Below, piece by piece: positions 24,487 through 37,400 of a DNA stretch of 64,000 nt (positions are counted from its first letter, which is position 1; each line of letters begins with the position of its first letter). Source of the DNA: Antedon mediterranea (lineage: Eukaryota; Animalia; Echinodermata); the NCBI RefSeq assembly GCF_964355755.1, contig NC_092673.1, positions 22,441,648 through 22,505,647 on the forward strand. The letters are read 5' to 3'. Position numbers and translations under genes: made by a program. The notes below the pieces were generated by a model. That model ran no database searches. It saw only the letters and a list, made by a program, of their open reading frames with translations, and had not been told where the DNA came from.

Positions 24487-27005
24487 TAGTTTTTAATTTC
24501 ATAGTGAAAGAAACCACCAGTTTGATGTGCAATTATTTAACTGTTTCACAGTCCATTTACCCCTAGTCCAGTGGTACACAGTAGCCCAGAGTGCTCTCCC
24601 ATACATGTCCAGGAAGTGTTTGTTACAAACCGTCTTTCAAATTGTAAAATAAATGTATTATGTTTATATTATCTTTTATTTTTGTAAAAATAGTGTTTAT
24701 CCTTTCTCGGTATATTTCTGCAATTGATTTTATAATCTTTCATTTGTGTCTGAACGTCAATCATAGACAGTTTATATAAATTACGCATACATAAAGTATC
24801 TCCATTTTATAGTGTGTATTTTTCATAACTATGATGCAATTACGTGTGTGACTCTAGGGTTTCATGATCAATTCTAAAACAAAAAACAGAATTGAATGTA
24901 TAAAAACATACATGTAAAAATAAACCAAAATACATTATTGTACTGAATTATGTGCTGAATCTATATTTAGCAATTGCTCCATTCTTAAACATTGTTTCAT
25001 TGACTGCTTTAAGTAAGCAATATCAAAGTTAGAAACTAATGTTTATTTTTTATATGAGAAGAAGGTGCTATATTCATATTATCGGCGTGAGTAATTATTA
25101 AAATATAATCAGATTTGTACTGTGTATTATAATATGTTGTTATTTTATTCTTAAACAATTTGAATCTAACATCAGCTCCTCAGCTCAGTGACATCAATGT
25201 AGCCCTGAAGTTTTGGATGAATAATAGTATTAGTAGTAGTTCAATAGAACATCAACCCAGTCATGAATTTTGTGACCTTTAACCCAACGCTTTAACAACT
25301 TTTATTATTTACCAAGAAATCAGCCCAATGGTGGTAATACAATATGTATGAATATATGGCAATATTATGGCATAATAAGTGACTTTTGAAAAATAAACAT
25401 TTTGGCCATTTTTCAGAAAAAATACCTGTACTATAGTACAGGGATTTTTTGCAAAAAAGTAGCATTTTTACCCTTTTATTTTTTACTTAAATGGTTACTG
25501 TGCTATATTTTGACATGCGCTGGCGCACATATCTATATATAAATTGACGCAAGGGCAAAATTTGGTAAATCGCATGTTACTTATAGTTCGTACTTTCGGA
25601 TTTTAACCACCTCAATGTAACCTTAAGTTTAGTAAGGTAATGAGTTATTGACAATTAAAAAGAGTTTAGCTTCTACCATTTGCCCCAAATAGGGGGTTTT
25701 CCAATCGTGGTATACACTGTCTAATGGATGTCCATCTTGAAAAATACCTGCAGACAATAATACAAGGATGCTTCGCATTTTCCTATCTCCTCCTACGATA
25801 ATTGTTTTTAATAGCTGAAAACCGGTTGAACAGCTCGAGTAATACTATAATTTGACATCCGCAGACGCACATATTGTGTTCCAAGCATGTATATATAAAT
25901 ATTTTTTTTAAAGTTAATATTTTTCAAAAAATTGTAGTAGAAAACAAATAGAACAATGTTATGTTGTTGAAATACATTTTACTACCTTTCACCATATCAG
26001 ACATCAATTTTATAACATTTGTGTTTATTCCCAACAATATTCCTAAATCGAATTATAATAAATATTCAGCCATAGATCCAATGTTTCTCAATTCTGTCAA
26101 ATTGTGCTTACGACATTTAAATTGTCTATTATATCAACAAAATATACTTCCAATAAATTAAATAGGTTAAATAGCCTAACTCAACCCACCCTCGCACTTT
26201 GTTGCTGTACCATTTTTTTCTTTATTTATTAATTATTTCTGTACATTTTAAAATGGAAATGAGTTCAGACGCCCATATCAGCCAATCGCTTATGATCACT
26301 TAGCATGTTGACACTTTTAATAGCGGATGAAAATTACAGTATATTCATATTGTTTATGGACAATGAAGTTATCTATATGGATAAAATGTTAGTCTAATCG
26401 AAAATAAGAATAGGAAATTTACAGTACACATTTGCTAAAATAACTTATACACATTACTATACAAATGATCTACAGATAATACACAGTGTACCATAAGTCG
26501 TTCTATTCATGTTAAATTGTCTATTTTCTTTAAATATTTACATGAAAACAAATTTGTTTTCTGATTAACAACAATGTACATCAGTTGTAAAAGTGAGTTG
26601 TAAAGAAAATTAAACAAAAAGTACATTAACAGTAAAAAAATACTATGAACTAAGATTAGTAGATAAAGTATCGTTAATACTAGTTTTAAAATAAACATTA
26701 CAATAAAATAACAATATAGCAGCTATTAATGTAAAATTAGTATTTACACATTCTTTGCATTTCATACAAATATTAACAGAATTGTAACTAAAAAATGGCA
26801 TAAAGTATTATTTGTTTGTCTTATGTTTAACTTCTTAATGGCTTTTTTTGTCTATTTATTATCTTTGCTTTGTATTTTTTTCAGCTATAACACGTAACAA
26901 AAGGTTATAATCAAGGTTTATTTTAAAATTTGCATAATAAACTATTATTATTTTCAAAGAGTAAAATTCGCTAACATGGATAAATAACTTTATAATTTCT
27001 TATTA

Positions 27006-27128
27006 TAGCCTTTGTGTAGTGCAGTAGATCTCCCTATTAGGCGGAATACTTCAGGGCCCAACAAAGTGTAGCCTTTGTAGTGCAGTAGATCTCCCTATTA
27101 GGCGGAATACTTCAGGGCCCAACAAAGT
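27006..27128. repeat. About 60-bp direct tandem duplication
   Basis: gtagtgcagtagatctccctattaggcggaatacttcagggcccaacaaagt occurs twice. Confidence 0.85.
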
Positions 27129-28115
27129 TTCTGAATATTATGGGATAAATTAACATTAATAACTAGTAATAATTAGTAAACTTACTCCACCAATATGAGA
27201 GTATATATTGTATTCAATTATCTGTCTGAATATTATGGGATAAATTAATATTAATTACTATTAAAGCAAGCATACTCCACCAATATAATATGATATTGTA
27301 TTCAATTATTTAATATATTAATACTGTATAATCTATTCCTGTGCAAAATTAACTAAACTTTGGGATTAACTGCAATGAAAAATGGTATTGTAGGAAAATA
27401 TGCATTGTAAAATAGCGATTTTGTAAGACATTTCAGAAAAAAATATTGCTTTTCAACAATTTTTACAATGGTTTGGTCAAGGAATATGATCCGAACAGAA
27501 CCAAAGGTTACAAAGAATATATTTTTAGAAAAAAAAAATTATTATTATTATGAATATATCTAATTAGTGATCCATAAACCCTTACTTTTTCAAGATACTT
27601 TTTTACTTATCTGAGCAGTTCTTTTCGGTAAAAACAAATTATGTAGCTTAGCATAAAGAAAGTTAAAATAAATATGATAGCGAGGTAATTGACAAATACC
27701 AATCCCAATAACGTGGGTATTACAAATAAAAAGAATGTACATCTTAAAATTACATTTATACAAACTATTGCTATTAAATAAAAATTGTTTATGTGTTTGC
27801 ATACACTAGTATCACCATCTACGAGTAGTCATCTTCCATTTTAGAGCACAAATGTCCTTGCCTTTATATTTTATTAGTAGATTTGCAAGACAAAATACTG
27901 GTGGAAAGCAAGTAGGTTAAAGAACAGAATACGTTTTTTAGCAAACCCTACAGCTCCTTACAATACAGATACATTAGATTATTACTACAGCACCAAATAA
28001 GGATATCTTCAGTTTATCTAACATGTGCTGTAGTTATCAACAAAACATGGTTGATGTTTAATAACCACACTTACCCTATCCCAAGAAAACATGTTCAGAA
28101 TAATAACATTATTCT

Positions 28116-28430
28116 TCATTCTTTTTTCAACGTTGTTGCTTCTTTAAAAGAAGTAAAGGTTTTTTGTAACCAGCTGTTCTTGGAGGCTTGCATCTCTTGT
28201 AACTCATTCACTGCAGCATTCAATTGGTGTTCCACTTCTTGTACATGGCATTGAGATTCAACTAACTGCAGTTTGGTGTGCGCTAAGTCTAACTCTAGTT
28301 CTCTCATTTGTAACGATGCAGCAGCCAGACGAGGATCGATGTCTTCGGGCTTGAGAGCTGGTTCACTGGCAGCTATGTTACCATCACTTGTAAACACACC
28401 TGAGCAATTATCACACCCCTGTACTTTGTT
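28116..28430 (-). CDS. RABGAP1: RABGAP1 last coding exon
   Basis: gtag|AAC AAA...GAA TGA. Confidence 0.92.
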   Translation of the reverse strand, partial: NKVQGCDNCSGVFTSDGNIAASEPALKPEDIDPRLAAASLQMRELELDLAHTKLQLVESQCHVQEVEHQLNAAVNELQEMQASKNSWLQKTFTSFKEATTLKKE

Positions 28431-31400
28431 CTACAAATTATAGATTAGTTTGGATTAAACAGAAAGGTTGTACAATTTTGTAAGTTTATTGAGAAAGAAA
28501 CCAAGTTGGTAGAAAAGCATGACTCCAAGTTATGATCCAACTTAACCACCTCAAAATTTCAAAGAACATTCTGCTTTTATTATTTGATCCAAACATGGGC
28601 AGTCATGTAGTTGTCAAATAGGAAGCACAATATGATTGCAAATAAGGTCAAAAGTCAATCTATGTAGGCATAAAAATACATATCTTATATTTTGTTGACT
28701 GTATGAGTATCGGTTTAATCACAATTAGATGAATGTTCAAATCTAATGCTATTAAATGACAGCATCTTCTATAGAGTTTTATGAGGTTCTAAATATTTTT
28801 TAATGGATAATTCTTGTGTTGGCCTAACTATTCAACTTACTCTTATATGTTCCATTGTTTGTTTATGAGATGTTTGTTGTTTTTCTAATCGTTCACTCAA
28901 CTGAGTACATATTTCTTTATAGTCTACAATAATGGCATTGTTTCTTGAACTCTCTCCTTCTGATTTCTCTGTTTCACGTCTGTACATTTCCTTGATCTAG
29001 AATTTGAAAAAAAGTATCAAATTCATTATTAATCTAAAGCTCTGTCTTCACTATCAAACTTTATGTGACAAAATGTGATGTGACCATATATGGACATGAT
29101 GATGTCATATCACTACCATATTTGTGCATATCACTTCCTTATTTGTGCATATCACTTCCATATTTTTGCATATCACTTCCATATTTGGGCACATCACATT
29201 TTGTTGTCACATAAAGTTTGATAATGTAGACAGATATCTTAACCTGATCACCTTCAACAATCTATAAGTCAACAATTTAGGGAGATATTTCCATAGAAGA
29301 AAAGGTACTGCTGTAGGTTGTATGCTTATCGAACTGAAATTTGTTACCCTTATTAAAAATTTGGTCTTATAACGTGAATTTTGAAATGTTACATGCTTTA
29401 AAAAAATTTTAATTCAGCTATTTGTTCATGGACGTTAAAACTGAATGGGTTTGAAATCAAGAATTGCTAACGTACTGGTAAAGTTCTGAGAGAATAAATA
29501 TGGAACAAGTATTCTTAAATGTTTTTATGCACCTGTATCGTTTCTTGCTCGTGATGTTTCTTCTCTTCAGCCAAATCTTCAAGTTGCTGTTTCAAACCCT
29601 TCACTTCCACTTCTAGTGAATTTGTTAAATCTCGTTCCTGTGAAAGAGAAGAACATATAGATATAAAACAACATAAAATACAATAATAATTTAATACTAA
29701 AATAAATTTATTGATCTATGTTCAATGAAAAATTCTACTTATTATCAAACATTTTAATATCAATAAAAAGCTACCCATAAAGGTATAAACAATTTGGGTG
29801 AGCAACACTTTTTAGCTCAAAAGGAAAATATGACAGTTTTCACAAAAAAGTCAAGTGGCTAAGGCAGGGGCGCTACAAACCATAGTCAAACACTCAGCAC
29901 AGGTTCAAGGCTCTCATCGACCATAGGTTTGGTGGTAGAAAACATATTCCTGGAGGCCCAGTGTATACATCTGGCTTGCATTTACTTTAACAAACTCAGT
30001 GCATCTTTTGTCAAGTCAAGGGACTGAGTGGCTAAGGCAGGGGCGCTACAAACCATAGTTAAATAATCAGCACAGGTTCACGGCTCTCATCGATCATAGT
30101 TTTGGTGGTAGAAAACATATTCCTGGAGGCCCAATGTATACATAAAAAACCTAGTGCATCTTTTCTCAATTCAAGGGGTTGAGTGGTTAAGAAATCGACA
30201 CAGGTTCAACGCACTCCTCAACCATGGTTCTGCTGGTAGAACATGCCTTCCCGGATAAGAACTTAAAACTGGAGGCCCAGTGTATACATCTGGCTTAAAT
30301 TCCCTTTAAAAAACCTAGTGCATCTTTTGTCAAGTCAAGGGGCTGAGTGGTTAAAAATCGACACAGGTTCAAGTGACTCCTTAATCATAGTTCTGGTGGT
30401 AGAACATGCTTTCCCAGATAAGGACCAGTATATACATGTAGATTGTATGCACCCTAAATAACCCAGTGTATCATTTTCATTTCATTTCATTTTCATTTCT
30501 TTATTCGACAACAAGCGGTCCAGGGATTGCGACAGCAACAGAGCACCATAACACATTTGTGTCCGCAATCCCTGTAACATACAACTTAATACAAGTTAAA
30601 AATGAATATAAAATATACAGAATATATAAAAAATTTAATTAATTTGTATTACTGTGTTACACAATTTAAAATACTCCTATACAATTAAAATAAATTTAGC
30701 GTTGATCAAGCAGATATTTTTTCAATTTCGACAGGAAATTTTTCAAAGGAAGAGTAACTGCTTGATCTTTGATTATGGAGGGTAGTGATGACCATATAAC
30801 AGGAAAATTGTTGATAGACGAATATTTTAAAGTATCGGTACGTGCAAAAGGGTGGACAAATGTGAGTAATTCAGGATGGCGTTGATTGATATGGATATTG
30901 TTATTTACAGTACTACAAAAAGTTACATTATAAAAACAACGAAATATAAAGGAAATTAAAATCATTAAACGTCTATCACGTAAGGATAACCAACCCAAAG
31001 TTATTAAACGTTCGTCGTATGATATAGGTCCGCAGTGGGGTCCCAGAATACGTCTAGAGGCCCGTCGCTGAACCTGTTCGAGGCGTTTTATGTGTCCTCC
31101 ATTTCTGGGGCCCCACGCCGGCAAACCATACTCTAGAATAGGTAGCACCAAAGTTTTGTACAGACACGAAATCGCGTCTGGAGAGCAATTTCCGGCTACA
31201 GAAAAAATAAAGCCTAACATTCGATTAGCTTTAGATATTAGATTATCGATTTGAACATTCCAATTCAGTTTAGAATCGATATGTACTCCTAAATGTTTAT
31301 GGCTATCAACCACCGCAATTGTCTCACCATTAAGAAAGTACAACGGCTTAACAAAGTTACGCTTTCTGGTGATATGCATTAATTTAGTTTTGTTGACATT

Positions 31401-34400
31401 GAATTTCATTTGATTCTTATCAGCCCAATTAGATAAAATATTTATATCATTTTGCAAATTAACAATATCGTTGGCATTTTGTCTGTGTCTATATAGTATT
31501 ATATCATCTGCAAAAAGAAAACATTCAGAAGAAACATTATGATTAACATCGTTCACAAACATATTGAATAAAATTGGACCAAGACAACTGCCCTGAGGTA
31601 TACCCGATGTGACTGGAAGTACGGAAGAAGTAGCCCCCCTGAAACAAACTTTCTGATTCCTGTCAGTCAATCTTTTGTATCAGGTCACATTCAACCTTGT
31701 CATTGCTCGCGTGCACTTTAAAGAACCGAGTTCATCTTTCGGAAGAGTAGGGGGTTACCCAGGTGCACTGGTCCATCTCAGTCCCTCATTGCGTACAAAT
31801 AAATGAGTGCCGTTTAATGGCAGCTGTATGAATATTAATAGTACATTGTTCACACTTGTGCGCAATTCAGCCAAGTAAGGCTGTGAGACACATTTAAACT
31901 TACTTCATCTATTTCCTTTTGTAGGCTTAATCGGCATGTTATCAACTCATGAGCTAGTTCATCATTCTCACGATCTAATCTCATGTTTTCTTGCATCAAA
32001 TGTCTATTCTCATTCTACATCAAAAGAAAACAAATGTGTTAGTGGATCCGAGAAGAGTTAGGTGCAAACGTACATGTGTAAAATGTTGTAATTGGTCTAT
32101 CAAGATGTCATAGAAATCTGTGATGTTACAAAACTCCCTTTTATATAATCATGACACCATCAAAATGAAAAACGAAACTTGTGAAAGAGTCTTAGCAACA
32201 ACAAAAATTAGGTAAGTGAAGCCTGCAGTCCCATAATAACCACATTTGGGTTTGGGGGTCTTTGTTCCACAATAGGAGCAGAAAACATCATGGAAAACCG
32301 TGTAGCTTGTCTTCAAAGAATCGGAGCGTTTTCAGCTTCGCGTTGTGTGTAAATGGTCATAATAATAGAATAACAAAGATTCTATATTTTTATTACTGTT
32401 ACCACTCGTCTGTGTAAATTGGCCTTAACTATTTCTTTTCAATTTTGTATTAAAAAAAAGGGCACTTAAAAAACAGCTTGTATTTTTATTTAGTAAGATT
32501 AAAAAAATATCATTTAAAATACAATATTGTACAATTAATTGTAGCATTGAAATTTCTATCAATTATGTAACCTCTGGGCAACCTGATCTTACTAAGAATA
32601 TTTAATGAGAAAACTAATATGTATCTGGTTAATTAACAAGTGCAATTTAAGATAACAGATAATTACTACAATTTCTGAAATATGATTTTATAAAGTAGGT
32701 CAAATACAATTTCAGTTGAGTTTCAAGAATAGGTTATAATTCAGTAATGAGTTTAATAAACTTTCATTCGGAAATTCTTAGAATTCAAAATCAGCAACTG
32801 TAAAGCTTTGTCTGCAGGATCAAACTTGATTTGCCCTTATATGGACATTATGATGTAATATCTATAACATATTTGGTCATATCACTACCAAATTTAGGCA
32901 CATCACAATTTTTTGGTCAAACTAGTTTGTTAGTGTAGACAGGGGTTTTAACGCTATTTAATTGGAGCGGAGCTGTAGCTTGGTGTTTAACATGCTTGCC
33001 TTCCAATCCCAAGGTTCAGGGTTCAATTCTGACCTAGTGCTCATGACTCTTTCAACTCCACTCCATAAGCCTCAAATGAGACTTAGTTTATAAGCATGAT
33101 AAAGTATAACCATCCTGTAATTGGAAATGGAAGCCTTGGGTGAAATATTTTTACCTTTTATGATTGCAATCTATTGCAAAATGATTTTACGATATATTGC
33201 TTGATTTTTGGTTTATTTATTTTGTTGTTTGCATTGTTATTGCTTGCTAATAACCATTGTTATTATTTAAATTTTTTGTGATGGGTTTTTTTTTTGTCTG
33301 AAAATTATTTGAAAATGAAAAAATAAATAAAATAAAAAATCAAACAAAAACGATTTATCCATGTTTAACAAGCACTCTTTGGTACTACTGTACTTGAGAG
33401 ACAGAATATCATGATTTCCGGACATTTTTATTGTCGATCGTTAGAGTTAGTAGTTTTTTGCAGTCTCCAACCAAAAGAATTGTTCTTGCCATCATTTTTT
33501 TCACTCGTGACAAAGGTTATTTCATTTTATAGTCAAAGAGTAGAAGTGCAGCAAAATTAAAATTTCAGACAATCTGGCTTTTAGAATGTCATGATTAAGT
33601 ATTGATGACAGACTAGAGTGATCCTAAGAGAAGGTGCTAATTAATTGGCCGCTACTTTGTAGACTTACTTCCAGGCGTTCTACAGGATCTTCCCTTTCTG
33701 CCATTATGACTTCATACTCTTTTTCAAATTTGCGAAGTTTTCTGGATGTTACCTGTGTGAAACAAATGTGAGATGTATACTTAATATTTTTAATATGCTT
33801 GTACAATTGATTTTACTTGTTTGTAAAACCTATAGCATGAGGTTGTTCATCAAGTACTGTACTGCATGAGGTTGTTCATCAAGTATTGTACTGCATTATT
33901 TTTGTTCCATCCACTTTTTGGCATTTGCACCTACACTTCCCCCTAGTTGGACCTTTGTCTCCTGGTAACTCTATGTTTTTGACAAAAATCTTGATTTTTT
34001 TTATAACAAATGCGAAATTTAGCAAACAATGACATTCTTTAAAAAGATTTAGTTAAGCTATATCACAAGTTATAAAGCCCTGTTTACACTATCAAACTTT
34101 ACGTGACAAAAGAATGTGATGTGCCCATATATGGACAAGATGATGTCATATCACTACCCTATTTTGGCACATCACACTTTTTTTTATCAAACTAGTTTGA
34201 TAGTGTAGACACAGCCTTAGGATTTTCAATAAGATACATTTTTTTAGTACATTACCTTCATAGACATGGCTGACTGAACAAGTTCTTGGGCACTCTCTAC
34301 TGTACGAAATTTCTTTGGCAATGACACTCGAAAATATTTCAGGATTCCTTCAAAATCCATGCTCAGCATATCCTTACGACCAGACTTGGAAGAAAAAATA

Positions 34401-37400
34401 TAATCAAAGTAGACTAAAATATACAGTAAATCTCTTATATTCTATCAGGGCGGTTTCAAATGTAGTTTGAAACCTTGCCTGTACAATTACCGTAATTCTG
34501 TTACGCCATGTGTATGGATTCCTACAACAAAGCTCCCTCTGATACATATCAAAAAAATTACCATAACAAATTATATAATTTACGACATTTCCCACTTGGA
34601 TTATTCGGTAACTTCTTAAAAATAGTGCATATCATGGCGTATCATGCCACCTACAAGTTTTTGTACTTCAATAATAAGTAAGTAATTTGTAACATTATCA
34701 TGTTTAGTTACACTATTGATTATTATTATATTATTATATTACTATATATTATTTAATGTGATATTTACCTTCAACAAAGCAAGAGAGAAGTTAAATATAA
34801 CTTGCATTCCCTCGCAAAGAAAAACATCCATGATGTGGAAGGCGGTGTGCAACGGAAACTTTGAGGTAAACAGCGTAAGAAACCATTGAGAGGCGTACAT
34901 GTGCGTCTCAATCCCAAGATTCATAAAATGCGAATATAAGTCTGGCATGACATCCTGTAAGACAAACCGTAAATATTAATTATTAGTAATGTCATTACTG
35001 GTACTATGGTTTAGCTGTTAGTATGTTGGCCTAGTAATCCAAAGTCCTGGGTTCTGGTACTATGGTTTGAAGACCTAAAGACAGTCCACGAGAGGTAGTG
35101 CATTGTTTCTCTCTTTTTATCATAAATTACCATAAAACGTACATATACATGACCTTGCTTATACCTTGTTTAAAGTAATATATATGTATTATTTCTACAA
35201 AACGTCACAAATTGTAGGAAATGGGTCTTTTAATAACGATTACTACAAAGTATATTGTAACAAATGGAAGATATATACACACCATGAAGAATCTTTCCAG
35301 TTGATAAAACTTTCTGTGCAACTCAGCAAAATCATTGTTAAAAAGACTTTGTAGGCCATAGTCATACATAATCTTAACAAGCACAGTGAATGCTTGCTCT
35401 TCTGGCATCTGAAAAAGAAAGCAAACTTTAAATTATAACAATTTCCACATAAACTAAAGGCCAAGAAAAGAACAAATGTATGCGTTAAACATAACTTTAC
35501 CCTTTAGGTTCACGTCATATCATTGGCAGCCAAATACGCAGTATAGGCACAGATATTCACTCAACAACAGGGACAGTATGAAACTACAATGGGGTAATAA
35601 CCCACTCATATAAAAAAGTGTACCAGGTTTTGTAAGATACACTGGTCCTTATTCAAGAAAACTTGTTCTACCACCATTGAAATGGGAGTGAGATGGGAAC
35701 GAAACACATAAGAAGCAGCTATAGGCTACTGTGCCACTGGTACAATTTGCTTTGCCAACATTGAATAAAACATGCAGATTGTGTTATCTATTTCGAAAAA
35801 CCAATTTTCAAATTTCAAATATAATGTTTCATGTTTATATTAATAAAATCTCAATTTGAAATTCTAAAAAGAATCAGAATTACAGAAATAGAATGTAATA
35901 AAGGACTGAAATGGAAGATACTTTAGATTTGAAATAAAAGCAAGCAATATCAAAATTGGACGAAGCAACCAATAAGAGTAAAGTATCTTGCCTAAAGGAT
36001 AAGCAAAATGGCGCAGACAAGTCTCAAACTCATGCTTTGTCTGATATCCTCTTTTTCCTAATTGTTATTCATTGCTATTATTCATAGTAATTAAGTACTT
36101 ACATGTAGAAGTATAAGAACAGCACCTAAGAACGATTAAACCTTGGACATAACCAAATATGGCACCGACAAGCCTCAAACCCATGCTTTGTCAGATATCC
36201 TCTTTTTCCTAATTGTTATTCATTGCTATTATTAATAGTAATTAAATACTTACATGTAGAAGTATAAGAACAGCACCTAAGAACGATTAAACCTTGGACA
36301 TAACCAAATATGGCACAGACAAGTCGGAAACCCATGCTTTGTCAGATATCCTCTTTTTCCTAATTGTTATTCATTGCTATTATTAATAGTAATTAAATAC
36401 TTACATGTAGAAGTATAAGAACAGCACCTAAGAACGATTAAACCTTGGACATAACCAAATATGGCACAGACAAGTCGGAAACCCATGCTTTGTCAGATAT
36501 CCTCTTTTTTCTAATTGTTATTTATAATTGCTATTATCAATAGTAATTTATAAGTATCTACATGTAGTATGTATAAGAACAGCACCTAAGAAGGATAAGC
36601 CTTGGACATAACCAAATATGGCACAGACAAGTCTCAAACCTATGTTTCGTACATGTTAAGTCCGATATCCCTTTTTTCTAATTGTTATTTATTGTTATTA
36701 TTAGTAGTAATCAATACTTACATGTAGAAGTAAAACAGCACCTAAGAAGGATAAGCCTTGAACATATCCAATATCCTGGTCATGTATTGAATAAGCCTAT
36801 ATTAAAAAAAACCCAAAATAGTTAATCTTGTTGCTGAAACAGAATTATGTCCGTTTATACATCCTTAATACAGTTCAATTTTGTCTCTATTTAAAAATGT
36901 ATTCCTGCCCAAAACATTGAAAAATGAATAAAGGCCAACTTTACACAGACAAGCGGTAATGGTAAGTGGAAAACCGCATATCTTGTCCCACATAGAATGT
37001 GTATATTATATCCTGAGCGGAAACCACCCGTCCGCTCTGTGTTTTGTGTAAATGTTCATAAGAAATAACACAGCTTCTATATTTGTATTACCGTTACCAT
37101 TTGTCTGTGTAAATTGGCCTTATGATTTTTAATAGGCCATTTTGAAGGATTTGCCGAGTGAAAACAATTTCAGTTATAAAAAGACGATTTTTTCCCGAAC
37201 CAATTTTTGATCAAAATGAATATCAACCAAACGGGTAAAATTTAGAGTTTGCACAGGTCCCAAATTGAGTGTAAATGGGGTCTCATGTAATACATATATT
37301 TGTAGTTTTGGCTGGTATGAAATATTAAGCATGAGGAGTTTCATAATGTAGTAATGATGTTGATGATTAAAAAAAAACATTGTCTGGGTTTCTTGCCGAC

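Noticed and set aside
36005-36720. Mutually exclusive duplicated RABGAP1 exons
   Set aside because: Copies lack the acceptor and 5' half of the exon and carry frameshifting indels
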